This document shows, piece by piece, positions 28,075 through 39,487 of a DNA stretch of 64,000 nt. Each line of letters begins with the position of its first letter. Within the stretch, counting starts at the first letter, position 1. The position numbers were made by a program, and so were the translations under genes. Source of the stretch: Candidatus Sericytochromatia bacterium (lineage in GTDB: Bacteria > Cyanobacteriota > Sericytochromatia > S15B-MN24 > VGJW01); assembly GCA_035285865.1 (NCBI GenBank), contig JAYKHS010000003.1, forward strand, positions 64,001 through 128,000, in the 5' to 3' direction. The notes under the pieces were generated by a model. It made no database searches, had not been told where the DNA came from, and saw nothing but the letters and a program-made list of their open reading frames with translations.

Positions 28075-29868
28075 ATGGTCGCCAGAATGCTCTCCTTCCT
28101 GACGGCAGGTCTGATCGGTCTGACCGTGGCGACACCGGCCTTGGCGTGTGGCGGCTTTTTCTGCACCCGTGCGCCGGTAGATCAGGCCGGCGAGCGGGTG
28201 GTCTTCGCCGTAGACGGCGAGGAAGTGACGGCCATCGTGCAGGTCCAGTACCAAGGCCCGGCCGAGGAGTTCGCGTGGGTCATACCCGTGCCGGTCGAAC
28301 CCAAGGTGGGCATCGGCAGCGAGGCGCTGTTCGCGCGGCTGGGCGCCGCGACGCGACCGACCTATCGCCTCGAGGTCCAGACCACGGGCACCTGCAAGTC
28401 GGCATCCCGGGGCTTCTTCGACTTCGGCGGCGTGAACGCGACTTCGGCGGCGATGCCCGAGGCGGCAATGAAATCGGCCGATGGCGTGACGGTCGTGGCA
28501 CAAAAGGCCGTCGGCCCCTATGAAACCGTCACGCTGCGCTCGGACGATCCCGAAGCCCTTGCCAAGTGGCTCCGGACAAACGGCTATCAGATTCCGGAGA
28601 CGCTGGATCCGCTCCTTGCCCCGTACATCCGCAGCCGGCACCTTTTCGTGGCGCTGCGCCTGAAGAAAGACCGCAGCACGGGCGACCTTCAGCCGATCAC
28701 GCTAAGGATGCGCGAAGCTTATCCTTGCGTCCCCATCCGACTGACGGCAGTAGCCGCCACGCCCAACATGCCCATCACGCTCTGGGTCTTCGGGGAGGGG
28801 CGCGCCATTCCGCGGAACTATCGGCACGTTCACCTGAATGAGGCCTTGATTGACTGGCAGGGCGCCACGTCCATGGCCGTGACCTCTCCTCAGGCCCCGT
28901 TCGCGGCCTCGGCACCCAACTATGATGCAATCGTCAGCCAGGCCATCACCGAAGCCGGGGGCAACGGCTGGGTCACGGAAAAGGCCGGACCGACGACTGA
29001 CCTGCAACTGGATGCGGAACCTGGTCTCGACAAGGACCGACTGCTGACGATGCCCGGGCCGCGGGATCTGGCTTTCGCACTTGCTCGCGCAGGCTTGCCG
29101 GGTTCGGCCCTGCAGGGCCTCCTGCGTCGCCATCTGCCGCTTCCGACGGAATTCGCCGCCTCAGGTTGGACGGAGGACCGCTACTGGGCTTGGTATGGAT
29201 TCGTGACAACAGGCAACGGCATCACGGCCTCGGCCAACGGCTTCGTGTCGGTGGGTCCTTCCCTTGCCGGCGAGCCGGCAGCAGTGCCGGCCGGCTTCTC
29301 GGTACCTGCCTTCGTGGCCGACCTGGACGAGACCTACATCTCGCCGATGCGCGAGGCAGCCGCCCTGATCCGGCGCAATCCTACGATGACCCGGTTCTAC
29401 ACGACGATGTCCCCGGAACAGATGACGGAGGATCCGACGTTCTCCTTCCACCCGGGCATGGCCGGCGTGGCCTCGGACCATCTGGCACGCGGCGAACGGC
29501 TCTGTTCGGACCAGGTGACCTTCGAGGAGGCACCCGTCCGCGTGACCCTCGCCAATGGACAGACCTTCACGCTGACCAGCAGCAGGCGCGTCGTCCCGAT
29601 GGGCACCATGCCTGCGGCAGCCCGGATCGAACGGCTCTTTGAGGACCGCGATGCCGAAGTGGTCATCGACAATGTGGGCCGCATTGCCGAGTCCCTGAAA
29701 GCCATCGCTGGCGTGGTGCAGAGCCAACCGGGATGCGGTTGCAGCAACCCGGTCCAAACGGCCGGCATGCCCGATGCAGGGCGAGGCGAAGCCATGTTGC
29801 TGGCCGGCGTTTGGAGTGGTTTCGCGTGGTGGCGTCTGCGCCGCCGCCGCCCGGATCGGGACGACTGA
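28075..29868 (+). CDS. DUF2330-like secreted protein with C-terminal Cys/TM/Arg sorting signal
   Basis: Signal peptide then ACGGFFC, QAGERVVF, EFAWVIPVP, WLRTNGY, FVALRL and PIRLTAVAA; ends GCGCS...TM...RLRRRR. Confidence 0.82.
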   Translation: MVARMLSFLTAGLIGLTVATPALACGGFFCTRAPVDQAGERVVFAVDGEEVTAIVQVQYQGPAEEFAWVIPVPVEPKVGIGSEALFARLGAATRPTYRLEVQTTGTCKSASRGFFDFGGVNATSAAMPEAAMKSADGVTVVAQKAVGPYETVTLRSDDPEALAKWLRTNGYQIPETLDPLLAPYIRSRHLFVALRLKKDRSTGDLQPITLRMREAYPCVPIRLTAVAATPNMPITLWVFGEGRAIPRNYRHVHLNEALIDWQGATSMAVTSPQAPFAASAPNYDAIVSQAITEAGGNGWVTEKAGPTTDLQLDAEPGLDKDRLLTMPGPRDLAFALARAGLPGSALQGLLRRHLPLPTEFAASGWTEDRYWAWYGFVTTGNGITASANGFVSVGPSLAGEPAAVPAGFSVPAFVADLDETYISPMREAAALIRRNPTMTRFYTTMSPEQMTEDPTFSFHPGMAGVASDHLARGERLCSDQVTFEEAPVRVTLANGQTFTLTSSRRVVPMGTMPAAARIERLFEDRDAEVVIDNVGRIAESLKAIAGVVQSQPGCGCSNPVQTAGMPDAGRGEAMLLAGVWSGFAWWRLRRRRPDRDD

Positions 29869-29997
29869 TCCACCAAATGGATTAGGCCAAGGGAAACGAG
29901 GCCTGCCTGGCTGCCTGGCAGCATCCTTGAGGGGTGCCCGGCACGCACCCGCGTGGTCGGGCCAATCCAAGGCCCACAACCAACCAGGAGGAATCCC

Positions 29998-30489
29998 ATG
30001 GCTGTCGACAGACTCATGGCCGTCAAGCAGCACACCGCCGTATCCGAGGGGCTCTGCAAGCTCCTTGCCGACACCTACACCCTGCAAATGAAGACCCAGT
30101 ACTTCCACTGGAACGTCACGGGAGCCCAGTTCGACACCCTGCACCGGCTCTTCGAGCGTCAGTACGAGAAGCTCTTCGCTGCCTGCGACGACCTTGCCGA
30201 GCGCATTCGCGCCCTGGGTAACGTCGCCCCGTCGGGCTACAGCGAGTATGGTCGCCAGACGCGGATCGAGGAACCCAATGGCAGCGTGCCGGCGGCCCAC
30301 GACATGCTCGGTCAGTTGTTGAAGGACCACGAGGTACTCGAGAAGGAAGCGCGTGCGATGCTGGAGATTTGCAGGACGGCCAAGGACCCCGTCACGGAGG
30401 ACCTCGTCATCGAGCGCATGGAGGCGCATGACCGGATGGCCTGGCAGCTGCGCAGCCTGGTCGAGGGTGAACAGGGCGCCCGGAGCTGA
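29998..30489 (+). CDS. dps: Dps/ferritin-like DNA protection protein
   Basis: LLADTY, FHWNVTG, LHRLFERQY, DDLAERIRALG and AWQLRS; AGGAGG RBS before ATG 29998. Confidence 0.95.
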   Translation: MAVDRLMAVKQHTAVSEGLCKLLADTYTLQMKTQYFHWNVTGAQFDTLHRLFERQYEKLFAACDDLAERIRALGNVAPSGYSEYGRQTRIEEPNGSVPAAHDMLGQLLKDHEVLEKEARAMLEICRTAKDPVTEDLVIERMEAHDRMAWQLRSLVEGEQGARS

Positions 30490-30500
30490 AGAAGTACGGC

Positions 30501-30528
30501 CCACCCCGGACGCATGCGTCCGGGGTGG
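30501..30528. repeat. Perfect 28-bp palindrome downstream of dps
   Basis: CCACCCCGGACGCA followed directly by TGCGTCCGGGGTGG. Confidence 0.8.
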
Positions 30529-30579
30529 CACCCGGAGGGGTAAGATCGCATCGGGTCCCGTTCCGGAAAGGGCTGCTCG

Positions 30580-31092
30580 ATGCGACGTCTGCTTCTCACC
30601 CTGCTGATGCTTGCGGCCATACCCGCAACGAGCCTGCCCGCTCTCGCGCAGGGCTCAACGTCCCCCAAGCCTGCCGTCGGGGCATCCAATCCCATCGCCA
30701 AGGCGCTGGATCGGCTGGGCTATCGCTACCGACAGGATGAGGACGGTGATTTCAGCTTGGTCTTCGAGACCGAGAACAAGCGCAGCCAGATGGTCTGGAT
30801 CAACGGCGAGACCGAGACCTATGGACCCTACGACATCATCGAGGTGTGGTCCCCGGCCTATCGCTTCCGTGGGCCGCTCGAGCGGGCGGAAGGCTACATG
30901 GAAGCCAGCCAGGTCAAAAAGCTGGGGGCATGGCAGATCGCCCGAAACCCGGACGGCGAAGGCATCTTGATGTTCGTTGCCAAGCTGACGGCCCCGCCCA
31001 CCGAAGCCGGTCTGGACGCCGCCATCCATCTCGTCATCGATGTGGCGGATCGCATGGAAGCCCAGCTCACCGATGGAGGCGATGCACTGTGA
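30580..31092 (+). CDS. Secreted YbjN-like (type III chaperone-like fold) protein
   Basis: Signal peptide; LDRLGYRYRQDEDGDF, RSQMVWI, KLGAW and VADRME. Confidence 0.6.
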   Translation: MRRLLLTLLMLAAIPATSLPALAQGSTSPKPAVGASNPIAKALDRLGYRYRQDEDGDFSLVFETENKRSQMVWINGETETYGPYDIIEVWSPAYRFRGPLERAEGYMEASQVKKLGAWQIARNPDGEGILMFVAKLTAPPTEAGLDAAIHLVIDVADRMEAQLTDGGDAL

Positions 31093-32042
31093 AGACACCC
31101 TTGCCTGCCTTGACTCTGCTTGCCGCAAGCGCGCTGCTTGCGGCGTCACCCGCCGAGGCCCTGCAGATGAAATTGCGGTTCGGAGGCCGACCATTGCCCA
31201 AGGATGCCCACAAACCCGTGGAACTCGAGATTACGGTGACGGACGACGAAGGTGGTGTGCCCTCCGTATTGCTGCCACATCACGAGAAGATGATGCATTT
31301 GGTGGCCGTGCCCGAAGATCTGGACGACCTGGTGCACATCCATCCTGCGGATCTCGGCCAAGGCCGATTCCGGCTCACCATTCGGGACAAGCGCCTGAAG
31401 AACGACATCGACAACGGTCAGGCCGTGGCGGCGTTTGCCCGCCCCGGTGCCTGGTGGGTCTTTGCCGAGGTATCGGACTTTCCGGAACAGACCGTCCTGC
31501 TGACAGACCGCGTCGTCGTCCCGGGGAAGTCCACGACCCTGCCCATGCCGAATCCGATGAGGTGGGCAGGCGACGTCGCCACCGCATCGGTCGCCCTGGG
31601 AGATGTTGCTGCCATGGCAACGTGGACGCGCTCCCGGCGGCCGAATGGCACGCTCGTCCTCACGTGTCGCCTGAGTGACCGTGCCGGGGTGGAATCCGAG
31701 GGCTTCCTGCCCTGGCTGGGCATGACGGCCCACGGCGTGCTGGTCGGCAAGGGGCCGGACGGTCCGATATTCCGCCACCTGCATCCGGAAGGCGGCATGG
31801 TCCATGGTGCCGGTGGTCATGGCGGAGGCAACGGTGCAGGGCACGGGGATGGGGGGAAGCATTCGGGCGCTCACGGTGGCCATCACGACCATCATGGTCA
31901 TCACGCCGAGCCGACCTGGCCGGGCAAATGGACCTTCGTGCTGGGACCCGACGAAGCGGTGCCCGGGGGCGTCTACCGCTTCTGGCTGCAGACACGTCTG
32001 GCCGAAGGCGTCCGCACCTTGCCGTTCACGCTGAAGCTTTGA
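31089..32042 (+). CDS. Secreted His-rich putative heavy-metal-binding protein
   Basis: GTG start overlapping the upstream stop; HEKMMHLVAV, HIHP, PWLGMTAHGV, HLHP and the HGGHHDHHGHH tract. Confidence 0.72.
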   Translation: MKTPLPALTLLAASALLAASPAEALQMKLRFGGRPLPKDAHKPVELEITVTDDEGGVPSVLLPHHEKMMHLVAVPEDLDDLVHIHPADLGQGRFRLTIRDKRLKNDIDNGQAVAAFARPGAWWVFAEVSDFPEQTVLLTDRVVVPGKSTTLPMPNPMRWAGDVATASVALGDVAAMATWTRSRRPNGTLVLTCRLSDRAGVESEGFLPWLGMTAHGVLVGKGPDGPIFRHLHPEGGMVHGAGGHGGGNGAGHGDGGKHSGAHGGHHDHHGHHAEPTWPGKWTFVLGPDEAVPGGVYRFWLQTRLAEGVRTLPFTLKL

Positions 32043-32957
32043 TCGCGGTGGCCCCGGCCGCAGCCGCGACCACCACCGACAGGGCAGCCAACTGCAACCA
32101 GAGCAGGAAGGCGACCACGCCGCTCAAGCTCCCGTAGACAGCGTTCAGACTCGAAAACTCCAGCAAGTACCATTGCAGGCCTGCCGAGAGCGGTACCCAG
32201 AGCCCCAGCGTGATGAGCGCCGTCACCATGGCATCCCGCCAGGGAATCGTTCGATGCGGCAGATAGCGGAACAGCAGGACAAGGCCCAGGACCATCGCGA
32301 GGAAGGGCAAGGTAGCCGGCAACTGATCCCAGGCCCGCGCAACCTGCTGGAGCCAACCGTCCGTCGCTATGCCCATGTTCCGCAGTCGCGCGGCCGGGGC
32401 GAGCTGCGCCATGCGCCGGGGCAGGTCGGACAGCCCCAATCGCAGCAGCACCTCCGAGAGAGCGAGGGCGAGCGTAGCCGCCGCGAACACCAGCGCACGA
32501 AGCTCTCCCGTCACGACGGCCCAAGGACCCGTCGGCCGCTGGAAACCGTGCACCGCGTCCAGTGCGGTCTGCAAGGACGAGAAAAGGCCACGCCCCGACC
32601 AGATCAGCAGAGATACGGCGAAAAATCCCAAGGCTCCCCTCGCCTCAACCACCTCTCCGATGGTATCCGCCAGGAACGAGCGCTGTGACGGCATGAGGCC
32701 GGCTGAAGCACGTGCAACCAGATCCCTGGCCTCAGCCGGATCGAGCAGGTGTCCGGCCATGGCCAGCAACCCGAGCACCAGAGGAAAGACGGCAAGCGCC
32801 GCATAGAAGGCGATGGCGGCCGCCAGCATGCCCCCCCGGACGGCACCATAGCGATCGGAGACCCGATCGCCCCAGTGCCACAGGCGGGCAGCCAAGTTAC
32901 GGAGGGCGAGCCACACTTGCCCCAAGGTCCGATCGACTCCTGCCCGTTCCTCCGGCC

Positions 32958-32982
<25 letters not shown>
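32026..32982 (-). CDS. YihY/BrkB family membrane protein
   Basis: [21 protein letters not shown] and [15 protein letters not shown]. Confidence 0.9.
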
Positions 32983-34658
<1,676 letters not shown>

Positions 34659-34675
34659 CTTGGCACTCCCCCCGG

Positions 34676-35230
34676 CTAGGGCTGACCATCCGGGCGCGTG
34701 GCCGGAAGCAGTTCGAGGATGGTGCCGCAGGCCACGCGCGGGCCTGCATTGCCCGCCGGGTCGGACTTTTCGTCATCCGGATCGGCGTGAATGACGAGCG
34801 AGGTCCCGTCCGAATCGAGGAGCGTACGGTCTCCGTCCAGGAGCGTCACGCCACGCACCATCACGACGACGCTGCCCGTGCCCCCGGGCCCGATCTCGAG
34901 ATTGGGCAGATCGCCCACGTGGGCACCCTTCGGGTTCTTGTGTCCGTGCTCGCGGGCATCAGGGTTGTGGTGGCCGCCGGCCGAGAGGAAGTCGGGCGGC
35001 AGGCACCGGCCGACACGGTGCAGGTGTAAGCCATGCAGCCCCGGCTTCAGGCCCGAGACCTCGATGCGAATCTCGACGCCGGCACCCAGCTCGCGCAGAA
35101 CGGCACGACCAATCTCGCGATTGTCAGGAGAACGCAACGGCGCCTCGGCGATCGCCTTGACATCGTTGCATCCCGCGAGCGCGAGCACGACACCCACGCC
35201 AGCGGCCAGACTCAACCCAGTTCGCGCCAT
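34676..35230 (-). CDS. sodC: Cu/Zn superoxide dismutase, lipoprotein
   Basis: Lipobox [35 protein letters not shown] and GPRVACG; GGAGG before ATG 35230. Confidence 0.95.
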   Translation of the reverse strand: MARTGLSLAAGVGVVLALAGCNDVKAIAEAPLRSPDNREIGRAVLRELGAGVEIRIEVSGLKPGLHGLHLHRVGRCLPPDFLSAGGHHNPDAREHGHKNPKGAHVGDLPNLEIGPGGTGSVVVMVRGVTLLDGDRTLLDSDGTSLVIHADPDDEKSDPAGNAGPRVACGTILELLPATRPDGQP

Positions 35231-35250
35231 CGGCCACCTCCCGGAAGGAC

Positions 35251-37515
35251 TCATCGTAGCACGGGGCGTCCGCCCGGCCACCAGTTCCAGCGCCCCGCCA
35301 GCCTCATGAAGGCCGGCATGAGGAGGACCCGGATCAGCGTGGCATCGAGCAGGACCGCAACGGCCAACCCGAGACCGATCATCTTGACGATGGCCACCTC
35401 GGCCCACGCAAAGCACCCGAAAACCACCACCATGATGGCGGCAGCACTGGTGATCAGCCCACCGGTGGCCGAAAGCCCCTCGGCCACGGCACGGGCATTG
35501 TTGCCATGCTCCACGAAAGCCTCGCGGATGCGGCTGAGCAGGAACACCTCATAGTCCATGGAGAGCCCGAACGTGATGCAGAAGATGATGATGGGGATGG
35601 TCCGGGGTATGGCCTGAAGTGGTTCCGCCATGCCGATCAGGCCAAGGCCCACGCCCTTCTGGAAGACCGCGACCAGCACACCGTAAGCGGCCCCGACGGC
35701 GAGCAGGTTCATGACAACGGCCTTGAGGGGGACCAGGACGGACCGGAAGGCCACGCCGAGCACCACGAGCGTCACGCCAAGGACGAGGACGAGCGCCCTT
35801 CGGAAAGCCACGCCCATATGCGTGTCGAAGTCGTTGTAGTACTGAGGCTCTCCGCCCACGCTGACATTGAAGGACGGCCCCGGTGACACAGCCGCCAGCT
35901 CCGTGCTGAGCGCCTGCGCCCCCTCGAGGCTGAGCGCCTGCTCGGGGATCAACTGGAACAGGATCGCTTTGCCGTCCTCGCTCACGAAGGCTTCGCGGAC
36001 TTCAGGCATGCGTGCCAATGCACCTTCGGGGTTACGGTAGAGGACCATGGTCTCCGTAAGGCCAAGACCTTTGCGCAGCGTCATCGGCGAGAGCACGTCC
36101 GCGACTCCGTCCCGGGCCACGAGCTTGCGCGCGTAGGCATGCAGGGCGGGCAGATGCCCGACCCAGAGCGCCGGCTTGCCATCCGTGGCCTCGACGACGA
36201 TCTGAATGGGCAGCATCGCGTTTCTCGGCCCCATGCCCTCCAGCAGGTCGATGCCTTGGCGACTCTCCATCGCCTCGGGCAACCAGCGGGTGCTGCCGAA
36301 GCCCAGCTTCAGCCCGGACAGTGGCCAGATGAGCGCTGCAAGCACCGTGAGGGCCAGCAGCAACGTCCGCCAGGGCCTGTCCAGGATCAGCCGCGTCAGG
36401 GTGTACCACGCGCGACGGACGGAGGCCCTGCCTTCGGCCGGCACCAGCCGGCGCGGCCAGTCGATCCGGTTCCCCAGGAACGCCAGCAGGACCGGCACCA
36501 GCGTCAACGTGGCGACTGCGGAGACGATGACGACGAGCATGCCGCCTACGGCAATGCTGCGCAGTTCGACCATGGGGGAGAACCACAGGCCACCCAAAGC
36601 CACCACGACAGCCACGGCCGAGACGAGGATGGCCGGCCCCGTGCGGGCCATCGTCCAGATTGCTGCCTCGTCCGGCTCCCGGGTCTCGATGGCCTCCCGG
36701 AAGCGGCTGACCATCAGGAGACTGTAATCGATGCCCACGGCGAGCCCCATCATCGTGACGATGTTCTGCAGCATCGACGAGAGCGTCATGAATTGAGCGG
36801 CAATCCACGCAAGGCCGAGGGCCAGGGACGTGCCGACCAGGGCGATGGCCAAGGGTATGCCGGTCGCGGCGAGCGACCCGAAGGCCACCAGCAGGATGGC
36901 CGCCGTGAGCGGCAGGGCCCTTACTTCGCCGACCTCGGCATCCCGTGCACTGTGATGATCGATGTCATGCAGCATGGTTGCTCTGCCCGTCAGGACCAAC
37001 CGGCTTCCCGGCACCGCCCGGGCCAGACGCTCGGCCAAAGGCTTCAGGGCGGTGCGGACCTGAGGGATCAGTTCTTGCTCCGCCTTGCTGTCCTTGACCC
37101 GGAAGCCCACCATCCAGAGCGTGGTGCGACGGTCGGGCGAGAGGAATCGGGCATCCTTGCGATCCTGCCATCCCGTAACTCGCCAGACACCTTGCACACC
37201 TCCGAGTACGTCGGGAACCTCACGCATGATGGCAGCCACTGCCGGATCGTCGACATCACGGCCCGGCGCGTGCATCACAACCAGGCCGTGACGCGCGTAG
37301 GGAGAGGCGAAGCGATCGCGCAGCAGGTTCTCCACGGCCTCGGACCCGCTTCCAGGTATGGCGATGGACCCCTGGAAAAGCGCGCCCGGGAGGCGCAAGG
37401 CACCGAACGCCCCGAGCAGGATGGCCAGCAGCCACGCTCCCAGCACCCAGCGGCGACGCGCCAGGAGTCCCTGCCCGACACGCCCGGCCAAGGGCTGCAA
37501 CGAGGATTCGAGCAT
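35251..37515 (-). CDS. MMPL/RND family transporter
   Basis: Two membrane repeats with GLAVGIDYSL and FGLSMDYEVFLLSRIRE. Confidence 0.94.
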   Translation of the reverse strand: MLESSLQPLAGRVGQGLLARRRWVLGAWLLAILLGAFGALRLPGALFQGSIAIPGSGSEAVENLLRDRFASPYARHGLVVMHAPGRDVDDPAVAAIMREVPDVLGGVQGVWRVTGWQDRKDARFLSPDRRTTLWMVGFRVKDSKAEQELIPQVRTALKPLAERLARAVPGSRLVLTGRATMLHDIDHHSARDAEVGEVRALPLTAAILLVAFGSLAATGIPLAIALVGTSLALGLAWIAAQFMTLSSMLQNIVTMMGLAVGIDYSLLMVSRFREAIETREPDEAAIWTMARTGPAILVSAVAVVVALGGLWFSPMVELRSIAVGGMLVVIVSAVATLTLVPVLLAFLGNRIDWPRRLVPAEGRASVRRAWYTLTRLILDRPWRTLLLALTVLAALIWPLSGLKLGFGSTRWLPEAMESRQGIDLLEGMGPRNAMLPIQIVVEATDGKPALWVGHLPALHAYARKLVARDGVADVLSPMTLRKGLGLTETMVLYRNPEGALARMPEVREAFVSEDGKAILFQLIPEQALSLEGAQALSTELAAVSPGPSFNVSVGGEPQYYNDFDTHMGVAFRRALVLVLGVTLVVLGVAFRSVLVPLKAVVMNLLAVGAAYGVLVAVFQKGVGLGLIGMAEPLQAIPRTIPIIIFCITFGLSMDYEVFLLSRIREAFVEHGNNARAVAEGLSATGGLITSAAAIMVVVFGCFAWAEVAIVKMIGLGLAVAVLLDATLIRVLLMPAFMRLAGRWNWWPGGRPVLR

Positions 37516-37558
37516 AAGGCCCTCCGACTACGTGCGGCCCATGATAACGGCAGGAGGT

Positions 37559-38275
37559 TCAGGGGCGGAAATGATCCGCCGGAAGGTCCCCGTCCACGGT
37601 CCCCTCGAGGACATCGAGGCGATAGACCCCCTGATCCCCTTCGTACATCTCCCGGACACGCGGCATGCCGTCGGCGTCGTCCAGCCAGAAGATCTGATGG
37701 GTGATGCCCCGCGGACTGCCGGGTCCGTCCAACCAGAGCATGGTGACGGGCCGCTGCTGCCAGCGGCCCGGGGGCAGCAAACCCAGGCGACATTCAGGGC
37801 GCGACAACTGCTCGAACACCCTCGTGATGGCCAGCGTCCGGTTGTCGTCACCCCGCAGGTCCATCAAGCGCGGATCATCCTGAGGCAGCACGATGGACAG
37901 GGGAAAGCCGAAGAACTTCGTCCGGACGTGGACGTCGCGTTCCCCGAACCAGACGATACGCGTCCCTTCGGCGCTGCGGGGGCGGTCGGCCGACAGGATG
38001 GTGTAAGCCGTCCGATCCGGTTTCTCGAGTGCCAGATCCAGCACCATGCGCGCGGTCTCGGTGCCCTTGCGCACCTTGACCTCGACCTTGCCGCGAAAGC
38101 GTCTGGCATTGGCCGCCATGTCGAGGAAGCGTCGGACCACCGGATGCTTGCGCGCCGAAGCCACGGGCGCCGGTTCCAGCACGGCAGGGGGCAGCGGGGC
38201 CGCAGCCCGCGCAGGCAACGCTACCGCCAGTTGGGGCAGGCAGCCCAGGAACACCGCAAAGTATGGGAACCGCAC
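37559..38275 (-). CDS. Secreted LolA/outer-membrane lipoprotein-sorting-like protein
   Basis: Signal-like N-terminus from GTG 38275; LEKPDRT, IFWLD...GMP and C-terminal LPADHF pattern typical of the LolA superfamily. Confidence 0.6.
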   Translation of the reverse strand: MRFPYFAVFLGCLPQLAVALPARAAAPLPPAVLEPAPVASARKHPVVRRFLDMAANARRFRGKVEVKVRKGTETARMVLDLALEKPDRTAYTILSADRPRSAEGTRIVWFGERDVHVRTKFFGFPLSIVLPQDDPRLMDLRGDDNRTLAITRVFEQLSRPECRLGLLPPGRWQQRPVTMLWLDGPGSPRGITHQIFWLDDADGMPRVREMYEGDQGVYRLDVLEGTVDGDLPADHFRP

Positions 38276-38277
38276 GG

Positions 38278-39465
38278 CTAGCGCAGGTAGACCGGGTTCG
38301 TCAGGGCAGTCATCGACCACCAGCGATCCGGGTGCTTGCGAAGCTCGACCCGCAGGAAGCCCTCGTCAGCCGCCCGAGCCGCAACATCGATGAGGACCTC
38401 GGCGTTCGCCTGGTCAAGGCGGCGCCGCGTCAGGACACCGCGCTTGCTGATGAGCAGGGCCGTAAGGCCCTTGCCGCCCTGAACCCGGATTCGGACCTTC
38501 AGGCGCGCAAGGCGTCCGGACAGGACGAGGTCTTCGCCTTGCAGGACCTCGTATCGACCATCGCCATCCGCATCCACCTCGAGGACCGGCCGGGCCGCGC
38601 GTGCGGATGCGAGGACCGAGACGTGTCCGCGGCGGATGGCGGCCTGCAACGCCGCAGGTTCGCGCTGCTCGGCCAGGACCATGTTGGTGGGCTTGTCGAT
38701 ATCGTCGTAGAAGTGGCCATGGTTGTCCGTGCCACCGAACGCCGTCAGGCGCTGGCCGCGCGCCAAGGCCTTGTTCCACCAGGCGAGGGCCTCGTTGTTG
38801 TGGATGATGGGACTCACCAGAGCCCACCAGTGGTTCCAGACCTCGACCGCGTGCGCGCGCGGATCGGGATCGGGCTGCAGCCACTGGTTGTTGTTGGTGA
38901 AGGGGTGGTTGATGACGATCGTCGCCTTGCGCTCCGTCGCCTCGGTCAACATCTGATCGAGGCTGAAGTGCGTCTCGATGGGCTGGTCTCCCTCCAGACC
39001 GAGCAGGCAGGCGTGCCCGAGGACGGTCTCTCCCTGCTCGCGCAAGGCCCCCCACTCCATGCCCCGGACCATGACAAGGTCGCCGGGATTCTGGAACTCC
39101 TGGGACAGCGTTCCCTTCATGGTGTTGTGGTCCGTCAGGCTCATCGCATCGAGACCCGCGTTGCGCGCGGCCTGCATCATCGTCGTCAGTGCCTTGCGGC
39201 CGTCGAGGTAGCCGCTGTGGTTGTGGTGGCTCATCAGCAACCACTGACCGGGATGTGCATCGGCCGGGGCCGGCCGGAGTGAGGCCGGAACATCCGCCTG
39301 TCCGTCCATCATCGAGCGGGCGGCCATGTCCATCGGGCCGTCGACGTGCGCATGAGGCGCCAACGAGCGCGGCTGGTCGGAAGGCGCACCACCGCCGCAT
39401 CCGGCCACGAGCATCGCCAGCAGGAAGCGGCGAGCGCGGGTTCGGGGGGAGAGAGTAGGGCGCAT
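38278..39465 (-). CDS. PHP-domain (CehA/McbA-like) metallohydrolase lipoprotein
   Basis: Lipobox VAGC; HHNHSGYLDG, LTDHN, GMEW, INHP, VEVWN and GGTDNH; start ATG 39465. Confidence 0.85.
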   Translation of the reverse strand: MRPTLSPRTRARRFLLAMLVAGCGGGAPSDQPRSLAPHAHVDGPMDMAARSMMDGQADVPASLRPAPADAHPGQWLLMSHHNHSGYLDGRKALTTMMQAARNAGLDAMSLTDHNTMKGTLSQEFQNPGDLVMVRGMEWGALREQGETVLGHACLLGLEGDQPIETHFSLDQMLTEATERKATIVINHPFTNNNQWLQPDPDPRAHAVEVWNHWWALVSPIIHNNEALAWWNKALARGQRLTAFGGTDNHGHFYDDIDKPTNMVLAEQREPAALQAAIRRGHVSVLASARAARPVLEVDADGDGRYEVLQGEDLVLSGRLARLKVRIRVQGGKGLTALLISKRGVLTRRRLDQANAEVLIDVAARAADEGFLRVELRKHPDRWWSMTALTNPVYLR

Positions 39466-39487
39466 GTCCATCTCCCTTATCGAAGGG

